The translations under genes and the position numbers were made by a program. Shown in pieces: positions 1 to 19,032 of a stretch of 24,000 bases of DNA (position 1 is its first letter; every line of letters begins with the position of its first letter). This DNA is from an uncultured Caldilinea sp. (GTDB taxonomy: Bacteria; Chloroflexota; Anaerolineae; Caldilineales; Caldilineaceae): positions 11,716 through 35,715 of the forward strand of contig NZ_CAKZMJ010000094.1 of NCBI RefSeq assembly GCF_937128415.1, read 5' to 3'. The notes under the pieces are model-generated. The model worked only from the letters and a program-made list of their open reading frames with translations. It did no database searches and was not told the origin of the DNA.

Positions 1-807
<807 letters not shown>

Positions 808-810
808 TCT

Positions 811-5093
<4,283 letters not shown>

Positions 5094-5179
5094 AGAACCA
5101 ACCACAATTTCAGGGAAGAAAACGAAAAGGCAAAGTTGCCCCATTCGATGCGCCCACGTTCAATGCGCTGACATGGGCA

Positions 5180-6448
5180 ATGCTCATGACCGCAACAGCG
5201 GCGGCGGCGGTGATCGGTCTTGGCTTGTGGTTCAACGATCCATTTCCCCCGCCGCGCACCGGCGCACTGCAGCCTGCCGTTCTCGCATTGCCCGCCTCGA
5301 CGCCTATCCTCGATGCATCTCTCGTCGAACGTTCAGCCTCCACTCCTGTGCAGTCCATTGAGCCGGTTTCTCCGCCTGGAGCCACGCCCCTATCGACGCC
5401 GACATCCACGCCCACGGCGACGCCTGTTCCGACGCCGTCCTTCCTCATCGCGCCGGCGCAGCCGTCCGCCTTGCTCAGCGGCCTCCGCCACGAATGGCAG
5501 ACCTGGAACAATTGCGGCCCGGCCACGCTGGCAATGAACCTGAGCTACTACGGCAGCCCGCTCGATCAGGCGGCGATCGGCGCAGTCCTGCGCACTTCGC
5601 CCGACGACAAAAACGTCAGCCCTCACGAGCTCGTCGATTTTGCCCGGGCGCAGGGATACGCCGCCGACCTTTACGTCAACGGCAACGCCAATCTCCTGAA
5701 AACGTTGATCAGCAACGGTTTCCCCGTGTTGCTCGAAACCTGGCATGAACGCGCGCCCGGGGACGGCATCGGCCACTATCGACTGGCGGTGGGCTATGAT
5801 GACGCCGCCGGCCAGTGGACGCTCTACGACTCGCTCGACTATACGGGGCTGATCTCGGCGCAACCCTACGCCGGCATCCGCATGAGCTACGACCGCCTCG
5901 ACCGGTTCTGGAAAGTCTTCAATCGCACCTTCCTGCTTGTGCATCCCGTCGAGCAGACGCCGCAAGTCCGAGCGATCCTGGCGGCGCACGGCTTTGCGCC
6001 GGAACACATGTGGAGAGAGGCTGAGGCCCGCGCGCGCAGTGAGCTGGAAATTGCCCCCAACGATGTCTTTGCGTGGTTTAACCTGGGGAGCAGCCTGACG
6101 CGACAGGGGCGCACCGCCGAGGCCGCCGCTGCGTTCGACCGTGCACGGGAGATCGGCCTGCCGGAGCGCATGCTCTGGTATCAATTCACGCCGCTGGAGG
6201 CGTATATCGCCGAAGGGCGCCCCCAGGACGCACTGGCGCTGACCGACGCCGTCTTTGAGGAGACGGAGAGCGTCGAGGAGCTGTTCTACTGGCGGGCGCG
6301 CGCGTTCCTGGCAGTGGGGGACGCCGAGGCCGCGCGGGAGGCGCTGGCGCGCGCGTTGGAGTTGGCGCCGAGCTTTGCGCCTGCGCTGACGCTTCAGCAG
6401 GAGCTGTCTGCGCACAATCCACTTGACAGGGCCATCGAGGCCGGGTAG
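5180..6448 (+). CDS. Membrane-anchored/secreted C39-like (Peptidase_C39_2) cysteine peptidase with C-terminal TPR-like repeats
   Basis: ORF open from 4907, but a start at 5180 ([19 protein letters not shown]-terminal TM) avoids overlap with the upstream gene. T/P-rich linker, catalytic motifs [35 protein letters not shown], then TPR-like [32 protein letters not shown]. Confidence 0.75.
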   Translation: MLMTATAAAAVIGLGLWFNDPFPPPRTGALQPAVLALPASTPILDASLVERSASTPVQSIEPVSPPGATPLSTPTSTPTATPVPTPSFLIAPAQPSALLSGLRHEWQTWNNCGPATLAMNLSYYGSPLDQAAIGAVLRTSPDDKNVSPHELVDFARAQGYAADLYVNGNANLLKTLISNGFPVLLETWHERAPGDGIGHYRLAVGYDDAAGQWTLYDSLDYTGLISAQPYAGIRMSYDRLDRFWKVFNRTFLLVHPVEQTPQVRAILAAHGFAPEHMWREAEARARSELEIAPNDVFAWFNLGSSLTRQGRTAEAAAAFDRAREIGLPERMLWYQFTPLEAYIAEGRPQDALALTDAVFEETESVEELFYWRARAFLAVGDAEAAREALARALELAPSFAPALTLQQELSAHNPLDRAIEAG

Positions 6449-6530
6449 GGTATTCCTCAGACAGGCGACAATCACCCAGTTGCCAGAGGCATCGGGTTGC
6501 CCCTGGAGGATTTGCTAAAGCACAGGCAAT

Positions 6531-7802
6531 ATGAAAACCGATGTATTGATTATCGGCGCAGGGCCCGCCGGGCTGGCGCTGGCCGCAGCACTGTGCGACG
6601 CCGGTCTCTGCGTCGAAGGCGTCGCTCCCACCGACCCGGCGACGCCGTGGAGCAACACCTATGGCATCTGGGAAGACGAGCTGCCTTCCCCCGAGCTCGT
6701 CGCCATGCTTGGTCATCGCTGGAGCGACTGCGTCTCGTATGCAGGAGGTCAAGCGCTGCGGCTGGAGCGGGTCTATGGATTGCTCGACAACGTCAGACTC
6801 CAGACGCATCTGTTGGATCGCTGCACGCGCGCGGGCATGCGCTGGCGCCGCGGCTCGGCGAGGTTGGTCGAGCACACGGCCAGACGCGCTGAAGTCACGC
6901 TGGAGGACGGCAGCCTCGTGCAGACGCGGCTGGTGGTGGATGCCAGCGGACATACGCCCGTCTTCGTCAAACGCCCCCTTGCGAGCGCAATCGCCTATCA
7001 GGCCGCCTATGGCGTGGTGGGCGCCTTCACCCAAGCGCCGGTGCGACCAGGACAGCTGGTGTTGATGGACTATCGCTCCGAGCATCTGAGCGCCGAGGAG
7101 CGACGCGTTGAGCCGCCAACTTTTTTGTACGCAATGGACCTGGGAGGCGGCCGTTATTTCGTCGAAGAGACCTCGCTGGCGCATGCGCCCCCCGTTCCCT
7201 TCGATTTGCTCAAAGCTCGCCTGCATCGTCGGCTGGCTCACATGGGCTGCGCCGTAGCCGAAATGGAGCACGAAGAGCACTGCCTCTTCCCGATGAACAT
7301 GCCCGTGCCCTATCTCGACCAACCGGTGCTCGGTTACGGCGGCGCGGCGAGTATGGTGCACCCGGCCTCCGGCTACCAGGTTGGCGCGGCGCTGCGGCTT
7401 GCCGCGCCACTGGCGCAGCAAATTGCGCACGCGCTGAGCGCGCCGAACGCCTCTCCGTCCGGCGTCGCCCGGACGGGTTGGGAGACCCTATGGCCGCAGG
7501 AGCGGCTGCGCAAACATCAGCTCTATCTCTTCGGCTTGCAGACGCTGCTCTCTCTAAATGAGTCGCAGTTGCAGCAATTTTTTGCCGTCTTCTTTCAGTT
7601 GCCGGTGCGCTACTGGGGCGGCTATTTGTCCAACACACTGACCACCGCCGAAGTCATGCAGACGATGGGCCGCGTCTTTCTCGCTGCACCCATGCAGTTG
7701 CGCCTGGCGCTGATCCGGGAAGCGCTGCGCCATCCTGGCCCTTTGTTGCGCGCCGTTGGAGTGCAGCCTTCTTACAGCAAAATTTTGCTCGCCTTTGGAT
7801 AA
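6531..7802 (+). CDS. crtL: Lycopene cyclase, CrtL/CrtY-type FAD-dependent
   Basis: N-terminal dinucleotide-binding motif [18 protein letters not shown], family signature [31 protein letters not shown], and [24 protein letters not shown] near the C-terminus. Confidence 0.88.
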   Translation: MKTDVLIIGAGPAGLALAAALCDAGLCVEGVAPTDPATPWSNTYGIWEDELPSPELVAMLGHRWSDCVSYAGGQALRLERVYGLLDNVRLQTHLLDRCTRAGMRWRRGSARLVEHTARRAEVTLEDGSLVQTRLVVDASGHTPVFVKRPLASAIAYQAAYGVVGAFTQAPVRPGQLVLMDYRSEHLSAEERRVEPPTFLYAMDLGGGRYFVEETSLAHAPPVPFDLLKARLHRRLAHMGCAVAEMEHEEHCLFPMNMPVPYLDQPVLGYGGAASMVHPASGYQVGAALRLAAPLAQQIAHALSAPNASPSGVARTGWETLWPQERLRKHQLYLFGLQTLLSLNESQLQQFFAVFFQLPVRYWGGYLSNTLTTAEVMQTMGRVFLAAPMQLRLALIREALRHPGPLLRAVGVQPSYSKILLAFG

Positions 7803-7830
7803 AAGCAAAACGTATGGTGGAGAAAGACCG

Positions 7831-8769
7831 ATGCACGGATCAAGGCGTAAAGTCGTCATCGTCGGCGGCTCCGGCTTCTTAGGACTCAACCTGGCGCGCG
7901 CCCTTTCCAAAAGCGCTGAATTCGAGGCTTGCATCATCTCAAGGCATCCGCCCTCCAACCAGGGCGACTGGCGGTGCGTGCGCTGGGACGCCCAGACGCT
8001 CGGCGCCTGGGCGGACGAGCTGGACGGCGCAGCCGCTGTGGTCAACCTTGCCGGGCGCTCGGTCGATTGCATCAAAACGCCCGATCATTGCGACGAAATT
8101 CTGCGCTCCAGAGTGGAGGCGACGCAGCTGATCGGACGGGCGCTTCGCAGAATCAAGCAGCCTCCGCCGGTCTGGGTGCAGATGTCGACGGCGCACATCT
8201 ACGGCGATCCGCCGGAGATCGTCTGCACAGAGGACTCATCGTTCGGCTATGGCCTGGCTCCTTTCGTAGGCAAGGCATGGGAAGACGCGTACCACAGCGC
8301 CGTGCTGCCCGAAATGCGCCAGGTCATTTTGCGGACAAGCTTCGTTTTGGGGCGAAATGGCGGGGCCCTGCGGCGGATGGAGCTCGCCGTCCGACTCGGG
8401 CTCGGTGGAAAGATTGGAAGTGGGAAACAAGGGATCAGCTGGCTGCATGAAGAAGATATGAACCGGCTGTTTCTGCGCGCCATCAGGGATGAAACCATGC
8501 AGGGAGCGTACATTGCCACGGCGCCCAATCCGGTCTCGAACGCCGAGTTCATGAAGGCGCTGCGCAAAGCGTTGGGCGCGCCGATCGGTTTGCCTTCGCC
8601 GGGCTGGATGATCAAGCTGGCTGCGCCGTTGATCCTGAAAACCGATCCAGAGCTTGCCCTTTACGGCCGCTATTGCGTCTCCATGCGATTGGAGGCGGAA
8701 GGCTTCCAATTCAAACACCCCACCCTCGAGAGCGCGCTGGCGGCCATTTATGGACGTCCCTCCACCTGA
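7831..8769 (+). CDS. NAD-dependent epimerase/dehydratase, TIGR01777 (YfcH-like) SDR family
   Basis: [59 protein letters not shown] and the C-terminal DUF1731-like segment are family-typical. ATG at 7831 is a better start than the TTG at 7756. Confidence 0.85.
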   Translation: MHGSRRKVVIVGGSGFLGLNLARALSKSAEFEACIISRHPPSNQGDWRCVRWDAQTLGAWADELDGAAAVVNLAGRSVDCIKTPDHCDEILRSRVEATQLIGRALRRIKQPPPVWVQMSTAHIYGDPPEIVCTEDSSFGYGLAPFVGKAWEDAYHSAVLPEMRQVILRTSFVLGRNGGALRRMELAVRLGLGGKIGSGKQGISWLHEEDMNRLFLRAIRDETMQGAYIATAPNPVSNAEFMKALRKALGAPIGLPSPGWMIKLAAPLILKTDPELALYGRYCVSMRLEAEGFQFKHPTLESALAAIYGRPST

Positions 8770-8792
8770 GACGTGTGCAAAGAGCCGTGGGG

Positions 8793-8994
8793 AAGGCCCT
8801 CACCCCCCACCCCCTCTCCCAACGCTGGGAGAGGGGGAGCGCCGTCGTCGCAGCTAACACCGGGAGAGAGGGGGAGCGCCGTCGCCGCAGCCAACACCGG
8901 GAGAGAGGGGGAACGCCGTCGCCGCAGCTCGCAGCCGCAGATGCTCGCCAGCCCCCCCGCCCCCCTCTCCCAATGCTGGGAGAGGGGGAGCGCC
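8793..8994. repeat. GC-rich intergenic palindromic/tandem repeat block
   Basis: Two near-identical hairpins, CCCTCTCCC-AACGCT-GGGAGAGGG (8812-8835) and CCCCTCTCCC-AATGCT-GGGAGAGGGG (about 8962-8987). Between them are G-rich direct repeats gggagag(ag)ggggagcgccgtcgycgcagcyaacacc, with units starting at 8827, 8862 and 8899 (35 then 37 bp periods). Confidence 0.85.
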
Positions 8995-9074
8995 GTACGC
9001 GGATGCACCGTTTTATCGTGTGAACTGCGCAACTCCTATAAATCCATCGTTCAACGGCATCCAGGCGCCATCTC

Positions 9075-10028
9075 TTATGCCTTCATCTCCCACAAAATCT
9101 GTGCGACCTGAAGATCATCGTTCTTAGCGCCGAAGTCCCTTCCTGCGTCCTCGCTGTAATCCCACCAGGCGGAGAGCACGCACTGCGCTATGCTCCACAG
9201 CCGCATGCGTTCGCGATCGAGCGTGAGCCGTTCGGCGAGCTGATCGATGCGCCGTTTGAGCACGCGCGCAGGGTTGGGTTGCGCCAAAGGCCATCCTAAA
9301 GGATTGCGCAGCATGGCGTACGCCTCGAACTCGCGCTCGCCGACGACGCCCTTGGGGTCAATGGCGAGCCACGCGCCTTCGGCCGTCGACAGAATGTTCT
9401 CGTGATGAAGGTCTCCATGCAACACCACCGTCGAGCCGCTCGACGCCAATAGCTCCGGAAAAAGGCGTTCGGCTGCATCGACCAAATGGGGCGGAAATGG
9501 TCCGCAACCGCCCTCGAAGGTGGGGCGCAGCGTCTCTAACTCGCGCGCCCACGCCTCGATCGTCAACATCGCATGGTCGGACGGCGCAGGGCGCCAGAGC
9601 GCCGCCATCACATCGGCGATAAGGGCGGTTGCTCTCTCGTCATCTTCTTCGACCAGGGCGCGCAACGGACGCCCGGGGCGAAGGCGCTCCAAAAGCAAGG
9701 CGCCGCCGGCGGGGTCGGCCTCTAGCAGCTGCACGCAGCCGCGACCGGCAAAGAAGATCAGCGCCTCGATTTCCGACCACAGCTCCCGATGCGGGACGCC
9801 GAGCTTCAATACGACCTCGCGTCCGTCGGCGCGCACGGCGGGCGCTACGTAGTTATAGGAGAGATTCTCAAAAGGAGGCCCCAGCGTCAGTCGCCAACGT
9901 TGAGCATATTCGGCCAGAAGAGCGGACAAGTTTCGCAGAAAATCTTCACCCTTTGCCCCAAATGTAGTGCAAATCGTATGAATGAAGGTCGATGGCAGAT
10001 GCATTTTCGCCCTCATGTTCACCTTCAC
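9075..10028 (-). CDS. APH(6)/hydroxyurea-resistance-type phosphotransferase (streptomycin 6-kinase-like)
   Basis: APH catalytic motif VVLHGDLHHENIL, followed by the AWLAIDPKGVVGEREFEAYAMLRNP signature of the APH_6_hur family. The start codon is uncertain (several in-frame M codons among the first residues). Confidence 0.8.
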   Translation of the reverse strand: MKVNMRAKMHLPSTFIHTICTTFGAKGEDFLRNLSALLAEYAQRWRLTLGPPFENLSYNYVAPAVRADGREVVLKLGVPHRELWSEIEALIFFAGRGCVQLLEADPAGGALLLERLRPGRPLRALVEEDDERATALIADVMAALWRPAPSDHAMLTIEAWARELETLRPTFEGGCGPFPPHLVDAAERLFPELLASSGSTVVLHGDLHHENILSTAEGAWLAIDPKGVVGEREFEAYAMLRNPLGWPLAQPNPARVLKRRIDQLAERLTLDRERMRLWSIAQCVLSAWWDYSEDAGRDFGAKNDDLQVAQILWEMKA

Positions 10029-10052
10029 GAAAACCGATGGAACCAGTAGAAT
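10024..10052 (+). promoter_or_regulatory. Putative sigma70 promoter for the fabF-like gene
   Basis: TTCACG (10024-10029), 17 nt, TAGAAT (10047-10052), in the divergent intergenic region upstream of the start at 10119. Confidence 0.35.
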
Positions 10053-10102
10053 ACATCACATATTCACCGACAAAGCAACCGACGCAATGGAGCATGCATC
10101 AT

Positions 10103-11342
<1,240 letters not shown>

Positions 11343-11453
11343 CGGCTATGCGCTCACGGCGCACTGTCGAACAGCTCCCTCTCCGACACGGGACGCGCAA
11401 CACACCGGAAGCAAACCTTTCACCCGACCATCAACAAGCAAGGATGCAAACGG

Positions 11454-12320
<867 letters not shown>

Positions 12321-12385
12321 GAATCGATTTGTACACAAGCCGGTTGTCAAGGTTGTTGACAAGGGAATCTGCTCTCGGAGGCGCT

Positions 12386-14461
12386 ATGCAGCCCAAGATA
12401 TTTCCGGCGGCCGCATTTCTTCTCACCGCGAGCCTTTTGCTGGCCCTGTTCTGTGGATTGGGCGCCTTCAATTCAGCCCTTGCGCAGTCTCCTCCTCTCG
12501 CCCCAGACGCACCCGGCAGCATCTCCGGCAGCGTCACCGATTCAAGCGGCGCGCCGCTCTCCGGCATCGATGTCACTCTCCACCGACGCGATTCCAATGG
12601 TTATTATTCATATTGGCGCTCCACACGCACAGACACCCAGGGGGCTTACCGCTTTGGAGTGCTGCCTGCAGGCACATACGCTCTTTCCTTTAGAGACCAA
12701 TCCTCCGTTTACGCTCAGACCTTCTATTCCAACGCTTTGACGTTACAAAGCGCAACGCCGATCGCCGTGGCGGGCTCGAATGTGACCGACCTGAATGTAG
12801 CAATGCCCAAGGCTGGCGCCATTCAGGGCCAAATCAGCTATCTCGTCAGCGGTTTTGTTCAGTCCAGTCGCATTAATGTCCTTGCACGCGTTCAAGAGGA
12901 GTGGCAAACTGTCGCCTCCCTCTGGATTGAAGGTTCCGGCGTTTACAGCTTTCCTGGCCTTCAGCCTGGCGTCTATGCAATATGCGCATATAACGTCTTT
13001 TGGGATAGCGCAGGCGACAAACCATCCGAATCTTATCCAACGCTTTGCTATCCCGACGTTTATTCGTCCATCGACTACGCCTGGCCTGTCACGGTCACCG
13101 AGGGCCTCACCACGACGGACATTGACCTTGCGTTCGGAGTAGAAGGGGACAGCGCAACGATCGGCGGCGTCGTGCGCTCATCGGTCGGCTCCGCGTTGGA
13201 AGGCATCCTAGTTCATCTGTTCAGCAGAAACTCCTCTGAATCTTCACAATACAGCGCTATGACGCGAACCGATGCAGCGGGTCGCTATGAATTTCGATGG
13301 TTGCGGCCAGGAAACTATGTTCTGCTCTTTATTGACTTAGGAGGCCCCTATCTCGGCGAATTTTACGATGACTCGGTCTCGTATTCCGACGCCACGGTGG
13401 TCACAGTGAATCGGTACGAAAAGCGCCTGGATGTGGATGCAAGATTAAGCCTGGGCGGCGCTATCGGCGGCAAACTAAGCGTCCTTGGAGACGAGAAACC
13501 CGACAACGCCTATATCCAACTGTTGGGCGCTCCTCCCCCTTCATGGTGGTTTCCCCTCGGGTATAGCCACTATGACCCGGCGACCGGCGCTTATCGAGTC
13601 TCTGGAATTCCGCCAGGCATCTACCGCATGCGGGTCGAAGGTCAATTGAATCACATGACTTTCGGGGCCTATTACGGTGAAGGTGCAGGTCGCTATGATC
13701 CAGAGCAGGCGACCCCGATCACGATCACCCCCGGCGCCGTGATAGACAACATCAACATCGATCTAGGCGAGGCAGGAATGTTTGATGGAGCGATCGGCGG
13801 TCAAATTCGGGCCGAGGGGCGACCGCTGCCATCCGCCCGGGTTTCTTTGTACGCTTCGTCTGATAAGGAGCTTCCGCTGGTTGAGCTCCAGGCTGATGCC
13901 GAGGGCCGTTACTTTTTTGGAGGGTTAACAGAAGGAACGTATCGCATTGGCGTCGTCGATCCACTGGAGATTTATGCGACGACATTTTACTCCGATCGCA
14001 TCTCTCCGGTAGACGCCTCGTTAGTCTCTTTGGAGGCAAGCCAGCAACGAATGAATGTGGATATCGAACTCAAACCCGGCGGCTGGATCACAGGGCGGGT
14101 TATAGCAGACAACAACAGGCCGGCGGCTCGATTCAACGTGTATGCCTGGTATGTCTTACAGAATCCAGGCGCTGAATATGCTTACGGCACGCTTTTCCCA
14201 CTGATTCAGCGCGCAACCACAGATCAAAATGGAAATTACCGGCTCGGGGGCCTTCGAGCAGGCTCCTATCGCCTTTGCACCGGGCCCGGAGGAAGATTCC
14301 CTGGCGGGTTGCTGGCGTGCTTCGGCCTGCCACCGAGATCGATCGAGCCCTACCAGGCGGCGAACGTCGAGGTGCGCGCCGGTCAGACGACGGCGGGCAT
14401 CGATATGTTCGTCGGCGAAAGACTGCCGTCGAACAGCTATTTGCCGCTGCTGATGCGGTAG
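12386..14461 (+). CDS. Secreted protein of tandem carboxypeptidase-regulatory-like (prealbumin-like) domains
   Basis: Signal peptide MQPKIFPAAAFLLTASLLLALFCGLGAFNSALAQ from ATG 12386 (ORF opens at 12329). About six modules with G-x-I-x-G-x-(V/I/L) starts and D(A)xGxYxF...LxxGxYxL motifs. Confidence 0.75.
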   Translation: MQPKIFPAAAFLLTASLLLALFCGLGAFNSALAQSPPLAPDAPGSISGSVTDSSGAPLSGIDVTLHRRDSNGYYSYWRSTRTDTQGAYRFGVLPAGTYALSFRDQSSVYAQTFYSNALTLQSATPIAVAGSNVTDLNVAMPKAGAIQGQISYLVSGFVQSSRINVLARVQEEWQTVASLWIEGSGVYSFPGLQPGVYAICAYNVFWDSAGDKPSESYPTLCYPDVYSSIDYAWPVTVTEGLTTTDIDLAFGVEGDSATIGGVVRSSVGSALEGILVHLFSRNSSESSQYSAMTRTDAAGRYEFRWLRPGNYVLLFIDLGGPYLGEFYDDSVSYSDATVVTVNRYEKRLDVDARLSLGGAIGGKLSVLGDEKPDNAYIQLLGAPPPSWWFPLGYSHYDPATGAYRVSGIPPGIYRMRVEGQLNHMTFGAYYGEGAGRYDPEQATPITITPGAVIDNINIDLGEAGMFDGAIGGQIRAEGRPLPSARVSLYASSDKELPLVELQADAEGRYFFGGLTEGTYRIGVVDPLEIYATTFYSDRISPVDASLVSLEASQQRMNVDIELKPGGWITGRVIADNNRPAARFNVYAWYVLQNPGAEYAYGTLFPLIQRATTDQNGNYRLGGLRAGSYRLCTGPGGRFPGGLLACFGLPPRSIEPYQAANVEVRAGQTTAGIDMFVGERLPSNSYLPLLMR

Positions 14462-14565
14462 TGTGGTACACTGTCAGTAGCAACCGGCCTGCGCTTCAGG
14501 CGTAGGCCAGTCCTATCGCTTAAACTACGAGGGACGCACCGTCATCCAATCGGTGGAGCAGAGAC

Positions 14566-15519
<954 letters not shown>

Positions 15520-15587
15520 ACCCAGACGACAGGCGTCGAAGGCAAGGCTGGCCATCCTCGCTTTCGACGCCTCGTCCAATCCCGCTG

Positions 15588-16736
<1,149 letters not shown>

Positions 16737-16767
16737 TACAATTATCCAGGCGGATGCGCCGGATTCA

Positions 16768-16845
16768 TCGTAGGTGCGGCTCTCAGCCGCACATTCTCGG
16801 TGGAACGCAAGGCCTTGAAGAATGCGAGGAGAAGCGCAGCTACGA
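16768..16845 (+). promoter_or_regulatory. Candidate structured element with nested inverted repeats upstream of prfB
   Basis: TCGTAG (16768-16773)/CTACGA (16840-16845) encloses hairpin GTGCGGCT-CTC-AGCCGCAC (16774-16792) and hairpin ATTCT/AGAAT (16793-16797/16819-16823), which contains palindrome CAAGGCCTTG (16808-16817). Confidence 0.4.
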
Positions 16846-16881
16846 ATAGAGTGATGGAGATTTCAAAAGGAACAAGAATAT

Positions 16882-17980
<1,099 letters not shown>

Positions 17981-17991
17981 AGCCCAGGGAT

Positions 17992-18043
17992 GCAGATGGC
18001 GTTGGCGGAAAGGCGAACGCGCCTGCGCTTCAACGCCATCTGC
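17992..18043. terminator. Long hairpin between convergent prfB and mgtC (possible bidirectional terminator)
   Basis: GCAGATGGCGTTG (17992-18004) is perfectly complementary to CAACGCCATCTGC (18031-18043), with nested AGGCG-AACG-CGCCT (18011-18024). No clear T-run on either side. Confidence 0.45.
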
Positions 18044-18055
18044 GCTATGGCCAGG

Positions 18056-18949
18056 CTAACGTTTGGAAGCGTCTGAATCCTGCCCTTCAGGTTCATTGAG
18101 ATCGACCAACAGATTTTCGTCATCCAGATTCATTTGCTCTTGATGCTGGACATCTACACCTTGCCTCGTCGCCAGTCCGGCCTCATCTGACGCTTCCACC
18201 TCAACGTCTGAGACGTCCACGCGCTGAATGGATTTAACGACCAGCAACTGTTTCACCAGCCGTTCTAGCTGATGGGAAGTCAAGGGTCGAGTGAGATCGA
18301 CGCGCAAGATTGCAGTTTCGCCGGCCGAAGGCAACATCGTCGCGCGTTTGACCGGCGCCCCCAGCCGGTCGAGTGCGGTCAGCGCCTTGCCAACTGCGCG
18401 ATGGTTGTCTTTCAGGTGGAGCTTGAGCATATTGACTTCATGATTGCGGCCAAGCCTGGCTTCCACGCGTTCCAGAACAACCAATGTGAACAAAATGAGC
18501 AACGTCGTCGCCGTCGCCAACCCGGCCATCCCCACCCCAACGGCAATGCCAATTCCCGCCACGCCCCAAATGCTGGCGGCCGTAGTCAGGCCGCGCACTG
18601 TTGAGCCATGGCGCAGGATTGCACCGGCGCCGAGAAAGCCGATGCCCGAAACCACGTAGCTGGCCACCCGCATCGGGTCGCGCACGCCCATATCGGGTAG
18701 GGCGTACGCGCCGGCCATGGTCATCAAACAGGCGCCCAGTCCCACCAGAATATGCGGACGAAAGCCGCTGGCGCGCTCATGTTGCGAGCGTTCCCATCCG
18801 ATCAGGCCGCACAGCAACAGCACCACCAACAGGCGTCCGACGAGGATCGAATCAAAGGGGCCGACGATCTCCCCAGAAGTTTGCGCTATTCTTAAGGCGA
18901 AGTCTTTTCCAAGCTGGTTGAGCGCATCCGTAAACACTTCGTAATTCAT
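18056..18949 (-). CDS. mgtC: MgtC/SapB family membrane protein
   Basis: RLLVVLLLCGLIGWERSQHERASGFRPHILVGLGACLMTMAG...GIGFLGAGAILRHGSTVRGLTTAASIWGVAGIGIAVG is the full MgtC/SapB signature. Confidence 0.93.
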   Translation of the reverse strand: MNYEVFTDALNQLGKDFALRIAQTSGEIVGPFDSILVGRLLVVLLLCGLIGWERSQHERASGFRPHILVGLGACLMTMAGAYALPDMGVRDPMRVASYVVSGIGFLGAGAILRHGSTVRGLTTAASIWGVAGIGIAVGVGMAGLATATTLLILFTLVVLERVEARLGRNHEVNMLKLHLKDNHRAVGKALTALDRLGAPVKRATMLPSAGETAILRVDLTRPLTSHQLERLVKQLLVVKSIQRVDVSDVEVEASDEAGLATRQGVDVQHQEQMNLDDENLLVDLNEPEGQDSDASKR

Positions 18950-19032
18950 GGCGCACCTCGACGGTGGACGGTCAAATCAGCTTCCTGCTTCATCAAAATG
19001 ATTGCGCCAGAATGGCGACCGTGGTCAATCTT

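Noticed and set aside
5390-7430. Minus-strand ORFs 5390-6475 and 6186-7430
   Set aside because: Both overlap well-supported plus-strand genes (C39-like peptidase, lycopene cyclase), show low-complexity composition and have no motifs.
8827-8935. Regularly spaced repeats that could suggest a CRISPR array
   Set aside because: Periods of 35 and 37 bp arise because the whole unit, including the would-be spacer, is repeated. There are no unique spacers and no cas genes.
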